DNA of 64,000 nt, taken from Octopus sinensis. Lineage: Eukaryota. Both the position numbers and the translations under genes were made by a program. The stretch covers positions 79,918,001 to 79,982,000 of the forward strand of contig NC_042998.1 in NCBI RefSeq assembly GCF_006345805.1, read 5' to 3'. Numbering within the stretch: the stretch's first letter is position 1; the number at the start of each line of letters is the position of its first letter. Under the pieces are notes generated by a model that was not told the DNA's origin, searched no databases, and was given only the letters and a program-made list of their open reading frames with translations. Positions 1 to 13,321 of this stretch are shown piece by piece.

Positions 1-290
1 ATTCTATAGTTTGTAAGATATTTGTTGTTTTTTTTTCTTCAATTTCTGCAATTTCAACCAATCAATGACGTCTATTGAGGTGAAAAAATTCTGTGCCGTA
101 TCAAAATGTCCATAGTTTAAGAAACAGATTGGGTTTATTTACATTTCTGAAGAAAAAAAAAGATATCCTTCCCCCACCTCTAACCCTAAAATAGATTGAA
201 ATGCAATAGATCGATACTAAGGTCATAATTATGGGTGACAATTTCATATGACACCGCCAGAAAAAACTACCGTTCAAACCGAAAAGATCC
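1..290. mobile_element. Probable end of a non-autonomous DNA/rolling-circle element
   Basis: CpG-containing block with taaccctaa, ending accgaaaagatcc; the other end lies outside the window. Confidence 0.3.
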
Positions 291-410
291 TAACTTAGTA
301 TACTGAGCGAGGCAGAGTAATCGAATAAGTCGCAGCATACTTCGTTTACCAAAAAGGACTTAAATATGAAAGGGATAAAACAACAAATTCATTTATCAGC
401 GGGCAGTCAT

Positions 411-458
411 TTCAGCCAATCAGATCCCTTGTAATATAACAAACACCATCCAATCAAA
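411..458 (+). promoter_or_regulatory. Putative pelota promoter with two CCAAT (NF-Y-type) boxes
   Basis: agCCAATcag (CCAAT at 416) and atCCAATcaa (CCAAT at 450), 34 bp apart, in a locally CpG-enriched stretch 130-170 bp upstream of the ATG. Confidence 0.55.
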
Positions 459-524
459 CGATGCGATAGTATGACTTTTAATAGCATGCTTACTGAAAAC
501 GTGTTTTAGTAGTCGGGGATTGTA

Positions 525-587
525 ATGGCTTGTCGTCGACTCCCGTTCTCTATGTGGTGTGATAGCTTCTTGAATATTTTGTCATGA
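525..587 (+). other. Candidate upstream ORF (20 aa) whose TGA overlaps the pelota ATG
   Basis: ATG 525 (second in-frame ATG 552) reads MACRRLPFSMWCDSFLNILS, TGA at 585-587 (ATGA overlap); the TSS is unknown. Confidence 0.35.
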
Positions 588-624
588 GGCGCGTGTACCA
601 AAATATCGACAAGTACAATGATGG
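584..624 (+). CDS. PELO: pelota coding exon 1 (MRRVYQNIDKYNDG)
   Basis: ATG at 584; GG|gtaagt donor; aligns to the pelota N-terminus (human MKLVRKNIEKDNAG); phase 2 matches exon 2. Confidence 0.88.
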
Positions 625-820
625 GTAAGTGGCATGTTATATATATATATACAAATATAAAATATATGTCTAGAATTGCTTGATAAGTTTAATATCTATC
701 ACCTCTAATGTACACATTATACTTTTAATTTTTATGTCCAAATCCCACTCCTTTTCGGTTTACGAAGATATTTTTTCCTTTTCTTTCATTTTATTTTTCG
801 ACTGGTTAGTTTGTTTAGAC

Positions 821-1156
821 CAGTGATTTTCAACGGGGGGTCTCTATGGCCCTTGTGGGCCCTGTAAGATTTTTTTTGTAAAATTCATCTGCAATAAATT
901 AGTTTTACTTCGACAATACACGAAATATTTTAACAGTTCAGTTTTTTTGTTATATATATAATATATATAATATATAATATATAATATGTATATATATAAT
1001 ACCTAATAATATTTAATTATAAAAATTTAATATGATTTTTTTAAAACATCGAATGGCTATTAGGGACTGAAGGCCACCCGAATAAATAGGAATGAAAAGG
1101 GTCCATATGTAAAAAAAAAAAAAAAAGAAAGAAAGAAAAATAATTGAGAAACACTG
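821..1156. mobile_element. hAT (Charlie-like) MITE
   Basis: Termini cagtgatttttcaa ... ttgagaaacactg; 8-bp TSD gtttagac / gtttggac. Confidence 0.8.
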
Positions 1157-3484
1157 GTTTGGACAATCCGTTTGACAAACTTCTCGTTTTTAGAAACCAT
1201 TAGATCACTCTTCTCTTTCCTGCTGTCTTTTTTTCTTTCTGTCTCTGTCCGCCAATATTGATTGCATCAGCGTGTATAACAACAATCATGATCACTACTA
1301 TATATATATATATGATCATGATCAAATTACTAAATAAACAGAAACAAAAATATATTCGACAAAATTGTCTATTCATTTAATCTTTGTATAAAATTGTAGA
1401 AGCTTTGCACTTAACTGAGATTTTAAAAGTATAATTGAAGGACTCGTCACGTCAGCTGGCATTTTAAATTTCACTAATTGTCAAATGACAGAACATTCAA
1501 ACAATGAGTTTACCTAATAATTTAACCAAGTAAATTTAGTTATTATATAAATAATGACTAGATTTACTTGTTGATAATTTATAAACTGTTTACTAGAATA
1601 ACAATTTTCGTTTTTACAAGTCATTGGGAAAATGGAAGTTAGTTCTGCTGGATGACTTAAGACTTCGTTATTAATACCTGCTTATTATTAGTACCATAGA
1701 AACGTGATTGTTTATTTATTTTTACTCATTGTTCTGTACTCAATAGTTTGAGTAAAGTGTTTGAAGTATTTTAGAACCGAGAGACCATTGTAGCACCTAT
1801 CATATTGACAATCAGATGACAGTGTATGAATATCTTGGGTGTAGTCTTTATTTGGGAAAGCAGGGGAAATTGAGAATTCTATCATACAAAAATGAACCCA
1901 CTTAACTGTATAATAACACACGGTAATATAGAATATATCTGTAGATTTTTAGCCAGTCCTATGAATAGAGAGATGTAAACACCTTACCTTATGTAAAATA
2001 TCTTCGTTGAAAGAAGATATCGTATATCTATGTATAGTCAGAAACACCTTGTCTTCATAAAGACAAGGTGTTTATAGCTGTCTATATATGCACATAGATA
2101 TACTCAGTAGGACAGGATTGAAAATAAAACCCCTTTGTTGCTCTAGCATAATTTATTAGTTCTGTAATCTGTTATTAGCAGACGAGAAATGAGTTGAGGA
2201 GATAGGCCAAATTTTGGACGAAGTTGTCTTGGCAATATTTTGGCGCTTTTTCGTTTCCGCGGCCCTATTGGAAGTAAAACTATCCCTTGTGGGAAGAGAT
2301 GATGTCTTTTTTTTTTTTTCTATGTGAATAATTGTTCCAAATTCATCATTAGCGGATCTTCACCAACATACTTTCCCCACAACCAGGATAAAGATGAATG
2401 CGACGAAGGCCATTATTTAGAAGAGTTATTGCATCTCCTATATTTACTGTTAATAACTCAAACTCTCTTCCATTAACATTTGATACACTTGGATGGTTAA
2501 ATCATGCTTTGCTCGCATTAATTACACTAGCCAGAAAAAAAAATTCTGCTGTCTTGAAAGTTCTATTCTTTGGTTTATTTGGGGCGCCGATGACAACTAT
2601 ATCATCGGTTTTGCCGCATCAACTGTAGTTCTCGAAATGACGCATGTCCTTATAAATGCAGATGTATGCACATCTTCGTGAAATTAGGGATCCGAGTTAC
2701 GTCGTGGTGCCTTAAATGTTAGCCCTATATTTGGGGCGTTGAGTCTAAAAATTGTATCGATTTTGCACTATTGGCCCTAATGAATTAATGATATACTCTT
2801 TTGATACAAAACAGGAACAATATTACAATTAGATGCAATTAAGACAAAGATGTGCATTGCATCAGAATCCCAGTCATTGTAGCTCAAAATGTCTATAGGC
2901 CTGCTTAACCAGGGTTTTAATCTTGGACTAAACAATAAATTGTTTTAAACTGGTTATAAAGTGTGTAAGTCATTCAAAATCATTTTTTAACGTCCGTCTT
3001 CCATGGTGGCATGGGTCTGGTGGTTCATTAGGGCCCTACAAGTCTTTTTTGGCAAGATTTCCATAGCTGAATGCCCTTCTCAATGCCAAGCACATTACAA
3101 AGTGCACTGGTTGTTTTTTTTTTTTTTTTGTGGTTCCAGCACTAGTGAGGCTGTCATGTAATTTGTATGACTAAGATCTTCATCTGAGTGGGTCTAGAGT
3201 AAAGAGGAAGGTGGCTTTATGCTAGGTGATGAGAGGTTTAAGTAGTAAAGAAGGGTTAGAACAGGTTTCTTGCTGTTGAGAAGATACATGGCTTCATGTA
3301 TTATACAAGAATGGTTAGGGGTAATTGGGGTGGAGGTAGAAAGAAAAGTAAAGATGGTAATAATGGGGCATCAGGATGAGCCCTCTAAATAGTAGGCCAA
3401 TAATATTCATTGTCAATTTGAGTGGGTGGAGAGGTTTATCAAATTGAATTGTCTTTCTTCAATATATGATTTCTCTCTCACTAG

Positions 3485-3577
3485 GTGCATGGTCCTCATT
3501 CCTGAAGAGGCAGAAGATATGTGGCATGCCTATAACTTAGTAGCTGTTGGAGATGTTCTCAAATCAACAACTATCCG
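3485..3577 (+). CDS. PELO: pelota exon 2 (CMVLIPEEAEDMWHAYNLVAVGDVLKSTTIR)
   Basis: Pyrimidine tract plus ag acceptor, gtaagt donor; hallmark PEExEDMWHxYNL motif. Confidence 0.97.
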
Positions 3578-4813
3578 GTAAGTCTTGTCCTATACACACA
3601 CTTCGAACATTATTGATCTTTTTAGCACCTCTAAACTCAACATATATCAAGCCGTAACTTTCTCTGCACCTCTTGGATTGTCAGCCCATTACCTTGTCAC
3701 AATAGCTACCACATAACCATGTGATATTCAACATTGCTCCCCTCATCCCTTATACTCTATGGTATTTCAAGTCAGCCGACTGGTTGAAACTTCACCAATT
3801 TTGTGCTAATTATCCCTGGCAACGTGTGCTTCACTTTTGATCCATCAAAAATACATAGCTTTCATAAAACCAGAGCTATTGGAGACCTACTCTCTCTTGT
3901 CTTTCACCTGTGTCTCTACCCTTAGCTTTTGAAAATTTTGGTCATTAGAGCTGTGGCCTTCAACATCAAAGTTTTTGACTGTGCCTGGTACATTGATCCA
4001 GATAATACCAGCCTTCACTCTTCACTCAACTTCCATACCCATGCATCATGCACATGCTACCAAAATATTCCCAGCATTATTGGATATAAATAATTAGCAA
4101 AGACAATTTTCCCAGTCATAGCAACAATGAACAACATTGCTCTTGTTGCTGTTGTAATTGTCTATGTGGTTGCTTGACTTGCTAGTAATAGCAGCTATGG
4201 CATGCTCACTTACAGCTGACTTGAGGCTAAATAGCAATAGCATCATCATCATCATTTTACATCTCCTTTCCATGCTGCTATGGGTTGGACGGATTGACAT
4301 GCCTTGTTTGTATATTTCATTTTTGGTTTGGTTTCTATGGCTGGATGCCCTTCCTATCAGCAACCACTTTACTGATTACAATTTGCTTTGGCACCAGCAT
4401 GAGAGAGGTCATATTCTCATCAAGTGGCAAAGTCCTCAGAAGCAACTTCTCCACTCTTTCAAACAAAGATTTAATTTTTAATTCTGAAATCAATTATTTT
4501 TACTTAAAGGATTATTGATCATTAAATTACCTTATTTGTTACAGTTTATCAACCCTTTTTAATGATGGTAAACATATAATCTATAGCACACCTTGATGTT
4601 TCTATTTAGAATATTCATTTTTTAAAGCATTTTATAGGTTTGTGTTATAAGTGATGGGTTTATGTTATAAATATAATTGTGCAGCACTACTAAATACAAT
4701 CACCCCAGTGTTTTGTAAAACTCCAGTTAAAAAACAACAACACATTACTTTAACTATGAAAGTGACTCTTATTGTTATTTGATAATAGTGAAGAATTTCA
4801 ATATTATTTGCAG

Positions 4814-4964
4814 AAAGGTTCAGAATGAATCTGCAACTGGTAGTGTCAGTGCCAGTAAAGTACGTACTGTACTTACCATTCGGGTAGAAGCTATTGACTT
4901 TGACACTCAGGCTTGTGTGTTGCGGGTGAAAGGCCGAAATATTGCAGAAAACCAATATGTGAAG
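4814..4964 (+). CDS. PELO: pelota exon 3 (KVQNESATGSV...AIDFDTQACVLRVKGRNIAENQYVK)
   Basis: ttgcag acceptor, gtaagg donor; near-identical to pelota domain 1. Confidence 0.97.
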
Positions 4965-5341
4965 GTAAGGATGTGTTTATTTCTTTGTTATATCGTTCTG
5001 GTATTACAATTCATCTTAAGGATATGTCATTTCGTTTTTCAAACTTTATTCTTCTCTATTTACATGATTTTGCTTAAGTAAAGCTCTATGTGCACAGCCT
5101 AGGTTTCTATTTATGGCCATGAAGGTTCATAAACAGATTCCAATAAATTGCCTTCAGTCTATTTCTGAGCTACCTTGGCTGTTTGATAAGCAATACATTT
5201 TGACTGTCAGTTTCATTAAATGGGAATCACTTATATTTGAAACAAGATCCCTTCACTTTTGATATTGATTGTTTTGTCAAAATAACTTTTGCAGTGTTTG
5301 AAATCTAATTTAGTGAAACCCATTTACTATATTTTTGGCAG

Positions 5342-5429
5342 ATGGGAGCTTACCACACACTTGATTTGGAGCTCAACCGCAAGTTTACACTTGAAAAACA
5401 TTGGGATTCAATCACATTAGAACGCATTG
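5342..5429 (+). CDS. PELO: pelota exon 4 ([29 protein letters not shown])
   Basis: ggcag acceptor, gtaagt donor; GAYHT and WDS motifs. Confidence 0.97.
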
Positions 5430-5559
5430 GTAAGTAAAATAGAAAAGGAGAGAAAAAAAGATACAGTTCATATTGTTATAGAAGACAAATGGCTACTAGC
5501 TAGTTTTTGTTGATGTCAATTTTTAGAAACTTTTTTAAAAGATGTTTTATAATCTGTAT

Positions 5560-5945
5560 TCGTGGTACTCCATTGGTTATGACAACATGGGTTCCAGTTG
5601 ATCTGATCAATGGAACAGCCTACTCGTGAAATTAATATGCAAGTGGCTAAGCACTCCACAGACACATGTACCCTTAATGTAGTTCTCGGGGAGATTCAGC
5701 GTGACACAGAGTGTGATATGGCTGGCCCTTTAAAATACAGATACAATGGAAACAAGAAAAAAGAGTGAGAGAAAGTTGTGGTGAAAGTGTACAGCAGGGT
5801 TCGCTACGACCCTCTGCTGGAGCCTCATGGAGATTTAGGTGTTTTCAATCAATAAACATGCACAACGCCTAGTCTGGGAATCGAAACCACAATCCTACAT
5901 CTGCAAGTGTGCTGCCCTAACCACTAGGCCATTGCGCCTCCACAT
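5560..5945 (-). mobile_element. Third tRNA-derived SINE family
   Basis: Minus-strand head ggcgcaatggcctagtggttagggcag...ggtttcgattcc; body shared with 12820-13130. Confidence 0.7.
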
Positions 5946-6732
5946 AATCTATATTAATCTCTTTATTAAGGGTTCTAACCACTTGCCTAAGGTCAATGAA
6001 AGCCTTGTGAGTGAATATGGTAGACAGAAACTGAAAGAGGTCCATCATATGTGTGTGTTTTACTGTCCCTTTCCCATGATATTGCATGATAGTTGTAAGC
6101 TAGTGTCACAGTCTGTGAAAGTGTGACTACTTATGGTGAAAAATTACCTCACTTGGAAATGGGTGAGGATTGGTGACTGGATGGGTATCCAGCTGTAGAA
6201 AATCTGCCTCAACATAAATTTCGTATATATCACCATTATCATTTAACATCTGCTTTTCCATGTATGGATTGGACAGAATTTGTTGGGACAGATTTTTTAC
6301 TGTTGTATGTCCTTCCTGTCACTTGTTTCTAAGCAATGAAATATTTTCCCATAACTAGATATGTTTTTTTTTTCATGGAAGACTGGAAATGAACAGCCTT
6401 GCTTGTATTCTAAGGATACGCTTGCATATACAAATACATGTGAAGGCATATGAGTAGTTGGGCTGCACTCATGATCACAAGATCATTGTTTTGATTCCCA
6501 GACCAGTGGTGTGTTGTGTTCTTGAGCAAAATACTTCATTTTCTGCTGCTCTGGTTCACTCTGCTATAAATGGGTAAACCTGTGATAGACTAACATTTTG
6601 TTAGAGGAAATGTTGACTTAATACCCAGTCAGCAGTATGACATTTAACTGCTACTACAATGCTAGGAAGTTTTTTCTGATCATTGGTGTATAACAACATT
6701 CTGATGGACTGGGCAATGCAGTGGTATGTATA

Positions 6733-7588
6733 CAGGATGTTCAAGCTAAATTTGACTACTTTTTTTATGTCTCCTTTTTCAAGAACAGCTTGATGTATTG
6801 GTAGACAATCAACAGTATTGGAGAGCAGAAAGATTTAAGTTGTAGTTTAGAAAAAGTTAGCTGGCATGGAGGGCTGGAAGCCATCTGAATATTGGAAAAG
6901 AGTTGTATCACGATGATTTACACCAGGTATCAAAATACCGACTCCATGACTGCTCTTCAAAGCTGTGAACACTGTAAAGACTATAAGACATGACATGGAC
7001 AGCTGCAACAGAGCTATTCATGTCGTCTGTTGAAACTATAGCCAGTAGGATGGGACACAGCAGGTATTCTGACTGCATTCACATGTCAGAGTTCATTCAG
7101 CAACTACAGGTCTTAGGTCCAATTCGCACAACCATTTGAAGCTGCTGAGGCCATGAATGTGACAACAGGATTTGGCTTCTTGCCATACATCTGGAAAGAG
7201 TCGGAAGTAGTTGTTGGAGAATTTCTACAACTTCACCAGCCCCAATTTCTGGCCTCTTAATTCTCCTGACTAAAATCCAGTGGATTACAATGAGTTAAGC
7301 ATGAATGAAAAACACCAACTGTTCTGCCTGCAACACCAAGGCTGAGCTTGAAGTAAAGATTGAGGAGGTGTTCTAAGATCTTCGTAGGGACACAGTGAGG
7401 AACACCAGGTTCTGGAGCTGTCTTGATACTGGTGGATTTGAGGGCAGCTACCTTGAGTAAACTGCTATCTCCCAGCTTTAGTCTAGTTGATATATTTTGA
7501 TTTTTTTTTTTAAATACTTTTATTTTTGGATGGGATATTGTTTTTGTCACTTTTTGTGCCAACTGTAAAATTTAGCCTGGACACTCTG
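6733..7588 (+). mobile_element. Internally deleted mariner/maT-like DNA transposon with both TIRs
   Basis: Left end caggatgttcaagctaaattt; right end aaatttagcctggacactctg; TA on both flanks; remnant FWPLNSPD*NPVDY near 7245-7290. Confidence 0.8.
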
Positions 7589-7947
7589 TACACACAAAAT
7601 TTGGTAGACAGAAACTATGGAAGCCTGTTGTGTATGTGTGTGTGTGTGTGTGTGCTTGCTTCTCCCCCACCACCACTTGACAACTGGTGTTGGTTTCTTG
7701 TAAGTCCTCCATAACTTAGTAGTTCAGTAAACGAGATTAATAGAATAAGTACCAGACTTTAATAAATGTAATTACTTGGATTGATTTGTTTCACTAAATC
7801 CTTCTAGACAGTGTCCTGGCATGGCTGCAGTCCAGTGACTGAAACCTGTAACAAAAAAAAATAAACTTAATATAATGCTTTTAACTATGTTTACTAGATT
7901 TCATATTTAAATACTTCTCTAATATATTTTTCTAATATATTTTACAG

Positions 7948-8111
7948 ACACAGCTTGTGATCCAGCTCAAAATGCTGATTTAGCTGCCATTGTGATGCAA
8001 GAAGGTCTTGGTCATCTCTGCCTTGTAACATCCAGTATGACTTTAGTAAAGGCCAAGATCGAAACAAACATTCCACGAAAGAGGAAAGGAATGTGTGCCC
8101 AACATGACAAG
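7948..8111 (+). CDS. PELO: pelota exon 5 (TACDPAQNADLAAIVMQEGLGHLCLVTSSMTLVKAKIETNIPRKRKGMCAQHDK)
   Basis: tttacag acceptor, gttagc donor; MQEG and IPRKRK motifs. Confidence 0.97.
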
Positions 8112-9813
8112 GTTAGCATTCAATATAATTGGGGAAAAAGGGATAGATAGAGATGTGACCTCCACAAGTCCATGGTAGATATCCTGAGAGAACAGTAACT
8201 CTGTATAAAATTGCTGATACAGGATAGAAAGGATGCATTACTCCTGCTGCAGACATAATCTCCAGTGTTGGTGGTACAATAAAATGTGCATGTTCCACAC
8301 AGGGAAATAATTGGTGATAGGAAGGGCATCAAATCATGACATCCTATTTAATGATAAAGGACCTAGATGCTGTGGGACCTTGTCCAGTTCAGGAGAGTAT
8401 GAAAAAGCAAGTAAAAAATAATAATGATGAGTATATTCTTGGACTACATTATCTAATGTGTCCGTTTAGATATGATTTGAGTGACATTTGGCTGCTATTT
8501 TAGGTGGTTGAGTGATTGTATACAGGCCACTTGATTGGCTCATGATTGGTGTGGACACAATATAATGGTGTGAAATTACCTCAGTATTAGAGTGAGCTAT
8601 GAGCAGTGGATTGACAGATTACTTAGAGCTTAAGACAAAATGCCTTGCAGTATTTAGATATGGCCCTTCGTGGGTTTGATTGAATGGACTATACTCTTCT
8701 CCAAATTTGAGGCTTTGTGTCATCATTATTTAATATCCAGAGTTTCTATAACCAGATACTCTTCCTGTTGCCCACCCTCACCTGTTTCCTAGCAAGGTAA
8801 TATTTTCCCATGGCCAGACATGTTTTTCATAGAAGGTAGAAATGAATATCACTTGTATGACACTGGTGCTTGTTAACCACATGATGTTAAGACAAGATAC
8901 AAACATGCATGTGTGTGTATATGTGTACAGTAGGCTTCTTCTAGATTCTGTCTATCAAATACATCCTCAAGGCTTTGACTAGCCTCAAGTTATAGTAGAA
9001 GATACTTAAGGTGTCACACAGTGAGATTGAACCTGAGACTAGGTGGTTAGGAAGCAAGTTTCTTTAACCACACAGTCACTTCTGAGCTTATCTTTCAAGG
9101 GTTTGATGCTGGGAAATCTGACTGCTTTAGAAGTTTTAGAAACATTCACTCACAGTTTCAAAGATACTTGAGATTAACTTGAAGCCGTTAACAAGTATTC
9201 CACTCATCGTTTTAAGTCTGTTTTCCCATACTGGCAAGAGTTGGATGGCTTGACAGAATCTGTTTGGTTGGAGGATTACATCTTGTTCCAGTGTTTCAGT
9301 TTTGGTACGGTTTCTATAACTAGCTAGCCTTTCTAATACCAATCACTTTACGATGTGTACAGGATGCATTTTTTCTTCACTGATTAATTTTTAATCATAT
9401 GTGGCACATCTTTGAATAATTAACATTTGATAATTCATTTCAAGATTTTCTGTCTATCCAATCATCTTTGCCTACTATTTCTGGTAGGGTTGAGTTCTGA
9501 AGCACCTCCTCCATAGGGTTCTATCAGAAGAAACCATCATTAGCATTTCTGGCTGGATTCCCAAACATGACCAACTGAGACTATGGATATTATCCAAAGT
9601 CTCACCTCATTCTTGGTCTACCCATTGATTTCCTGTGGGTTGGCTTGGCTTGAAGAATCTGTCTTGTGATTCTTGAGACATTCTAATTACATGCCCATAG
9701 TACTTGAGCTGTAACCATTCAATGTAAAGAAGTAGCTACTCAACCTAGAGAGACTTCCTGATCTCTGATAATTTGTTTCAAAACTTTTGTATTGTTATTT
9801 TTGTTTTCATTAG

Positions 9814-9874
9814 GGTCTTATGAAATTTTATGACCAAATGATCCAGGCTGTTAGAAGACATGTCAACTTTGAAA
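9814..9874 (+). CDS. PELO: pelota exon 6 (GLMKFYDQMIQAVRRHVNFE)
   Basis: tag acceptor, gtaagt donor; matches human LERFYEQVVQAIQRHIHFD. Confidence 0.95.
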
Positions 9875-11969
9875 GTAAGTATTTTGTGTATTTTAGTTTC
9901 ATAAAGACAAATTTATTTGGTTGTCATCTATGTCAATCATTTGGCTATTTTGTTAGGTTCCTTGCTGAGGATGGTAGTGGTGGTGGGCAATACATGTCTG
10001 TTCTAAAACCAGAGCTTATGACTATTGTGATATATTAATTTTAATTTGTATATTTTTCTTATTTGTCTCATAACATTTAGATTGTAGACTTGCTGTTTCC
10101 ATAGGAAGAAAGGTTTCATAGTCTTTTGGTAGAGGAAACTAGTTATTGATTGTTGTGAAGAGATTGATAGAAGTGAAGTATATCCTTCCATCCATTTTCT
10201 CTGCCCACTATTACTGGGAGGGCTGTGGAGAGTAGAGTCAAGCAACTGTCATTACATGCTCTTGCTAGATTCTCAAGTCTGACCAGCTGAGACTGTATAT
10301 TATCCATCCATCCATCTTCTTGGTCTAATCCTAGTCTCCTGCTGGTTGGCTTAGCTTGAAGATGCCATCTTATAATCCTTTCCTGCAACATGCGAATCGC
10401 ATGTCTGTATTGCTGGAATTGTGACCTCTCAATGCAGAGTTGATTCTTCTGTTAAATAAAGATATTTAATTCTTTTCAAATGCTACAAAATATATTTTCC
10501 AAACCTCTACTTTCCATAGAGAGAAAAAATTAAATGTCTTTTGGTAAAGATTTCTTCAGAATATATGAGCATCATCATCATGTTTGACATTATGCTTGTA
10601 AGAATGTTTGAATTATAAATGAAGCATGCTTGTTAGTGCACAGCAGTAACAGGGTAGCTGGTATGGCAGTTTCATTAGCTAGTGAATGAATCCAATTGTT
10701 GTAGGGATGAAAGAAAAAGATACTAGCTGCTGTCAACCTGCAACCAATAGTTGAGTGCTGTACTAGAGAAGATCCGCCCACCACAACAAAATCGAGATCT
10801 TAAAACCAAGGTACCATGCAAAAAAATTGATGTGCGTGCTGGTGCTATGTAAAAAGGACCCAGTACAATCTGTAAAGTGGTTGGTGTTAAACCAAGCCAA
10901 AACAAACAATGGAACCTGGTGCAGCACCTGGCCTTGCCAGTTCCTGTCAAGCCGTCCAACTCATGCCAGTATGGAAAACGGACATTAAATGTTGATGATG
11001 ATGATCTCTTTGTTGATGTGTATCTCTATCAAAAACCTTTGGATTATCCCTCATTGTCTGGTTTTATAACTAAAGTTAATAGAATGAGTGATTCTAGTTG
11101 AGGGTTGCAAAAGTTTGAGCTGATACATATGATTGAAAAATGGTCCAAAGCTACAAAACAAGACAGATTTTCTTGCTTGTATGTTTAAGAACACATGCTG
11201 AAAATGCTGTAATTTACTCTAAGTGAACAAAGAGTTTAAGTTTTTAGCTAGTTTTTTATTATAATCTGATAGTTCTGTTTTGTGAGGTACTTGGTGATCT
11301 CACTAATGCCAATGGCATGGAAAAAGCATCTAGTACAAACTGTAAAGTGATTAGCATTAGTGAGGGCATCTAGCAGTAAGAACCATGCCAAAGCTAGAGA
11401 TTGTTGCAGCTCACTAGATCCTGTCAAACCATCCAACTCATGCTGACATGCAAAACGGATGTTAAATGCTGCTGCTGATGACGATGATAATAGTTTTCAA
11501 ACTTATTACTTTACTTAATTAGGTGGTCTGTTGGTAGAATCATTAAAGCATCAGAAAAACGCTTTGTGGCAATTGTTCATGTTGCTGAGATCAACTTTGC
11601 CTTTCATCCTTTTGAAGTTGATGAAATAAAGAACCTGTCGAGTGCTGAGGTCAGTGGCATGAAGTAAGCCCCTTCCCCAAATTTCAGGCCTTGTGCTTAA
11701 ATTAGAGACCGTTATTATTATTATTATTAGTGGTGAACTGGCAGAATTGTTACCATGCTAGGCAAAATGCTTAGTAGTGTTCCTTCCAGTTTTTCTGAGT
11801 TCATATGCCACTGAGATTGACTAGGTTAATTAATAGTTGTGGAAAATTTGTATTTTAATCAAGTATATTATAGTTAATTATTTAATAATTTTTGTGATGT
11901 AGTACATGACTTTAATAGCAATCAGTAAATGTTTAATAACTTTCTCTCTCTTTTCACTTTATCCCTCAG

Positions 11970-12010
11970 TTGTGAAGTGTTTGCTAATTGCAAGTCCTGG
12001 CTTTGTGAAG
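11970..12010 (+). CDS. PELO: pelota exon 7 (IVKCLLIASPGFVK)
   Basis: ccctcag acceptor, gtaagg donor; conserved SPGF motif. Confidence 0.97.
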
Positions 12011-13200
12011 GTAAGGGCTCACTCAGTTCCTTTCTTTACTATTCCAATTAACAAATTGTTTCAAAATAAAGTAACCACAGCACTTTCAAGCCAATTTTAT
12101 ACAAAGTTAAATATTTGATATTGTCCACTCTGTTGGGTGATTGGTGTTAGGAAGGGCATCCAGCTGTAAAAACTGTGCCAAAACAGGCACAGAAGTCTGG
12201 TGCACCTCCTACCTGACCAGCATGGAAGGTGCACGTTAAACGATGATGATGATTGCTTATGTGTTTTTACATCTGTTTTTCCATGCTTGCCCGGGTTAAA
12301 CAAATGCATAATATTGAAGCTTTGTTTTATGACCAGATGCCCTTTCAGCTGCTAACTTTTACCAGTTTTTCATTCTACTCGTCTTTGAAAGCATGGAGCT
12401 ACTGGACCATTTGTGGATGAAGAAATACCAGTATAGGACACTGACCATAGCTCATGCAATCACAGAATGTAAACATATAGGGACACACACACACATTTGA
12501 TGGGCTTTGTCTGGTTTGGGTTCAGTCTCATTGTGTGGCCCTTTAAGCAAGTGTCTGCTACTATTGCCCTGGGCCTTGTGAGTGAAATTGTTAGACAGGG
12601 ATTGTATAGAAGCCTGTGCTAACATGAAAAATGGACATTAAATGATTAAGATCAGTGTTTGCGTTACCCCCCCCCTTCCTGCTTGATACCTGGTGTTGTT
12701 TGTTTACATTCCTGTACAAGTGCTTGATAGAAGCACTGGGGTGAATTTATTGAGCTAAACCTTTCAAGGTTGTATTCTTCAAACAAGTAAAAGATAATAC
12801 ACATACATTCTAGCATGCTGTCGGGTATGATGTTGAGGGTTCTAGTTGATTCAATCAACAGAACTTCCTGCTTTTGAAATTAATGTACAAGTGGCTAAGC
12901 ACTCCACAGACACACGTACCCCTAATGTAGTTCCCAGGGAGATTCAGCACGACAGTGTTACAATGCTGACCCTTTGAATTAGATGTACAACTCAATTTTG
13001 CCAGCTGAGTGGACTGGGGCAACATGAAATAAAGTGTCTTGCTTAAGGACTCAATGCACTGCTGGTAACCAAGTGCATGACCTTACCATCATGAGCTGAA
13101 TATCGTAACCACTAAGCCATGCACCTTTACACACACACTCTACAGAGGGGCACAGGCATTACAAAAGATCAAATAAATTTTGTTACTTTTGTTATTGTAG

Positions 13201-13321
13201 GATCAATTTTTCTCCTACATGTTGGATCAGGCTGTGAAAAATGACTGGAAGGATATTCTGGAGAATAAGTCACGATGTGTTTTGGCACATTCTTCGTCTG
13301 GTTTTAAACATTCTCTCAAAG
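13201..13321 (+). CDS. PELO: pelota exon 8 (DQFFSYMLDQAVKNDWKDILENKSRCVLAHSSSGFKHSLK)
   Basis: tgtag acceptor, gtaact donor; HSSSGxKHSL motif. Confidence 0.96.

Noticed and set aside
180-190. taaccctaa telomere-like motif (also 38119)
   Set aside because: Single unit within repeats, not an array
5860-5945. tRNA-like sequences (A/B boxes) here and at many other sites
   Set aside because: SINE heads; no complete cloverleaf and always attached to a SINE body
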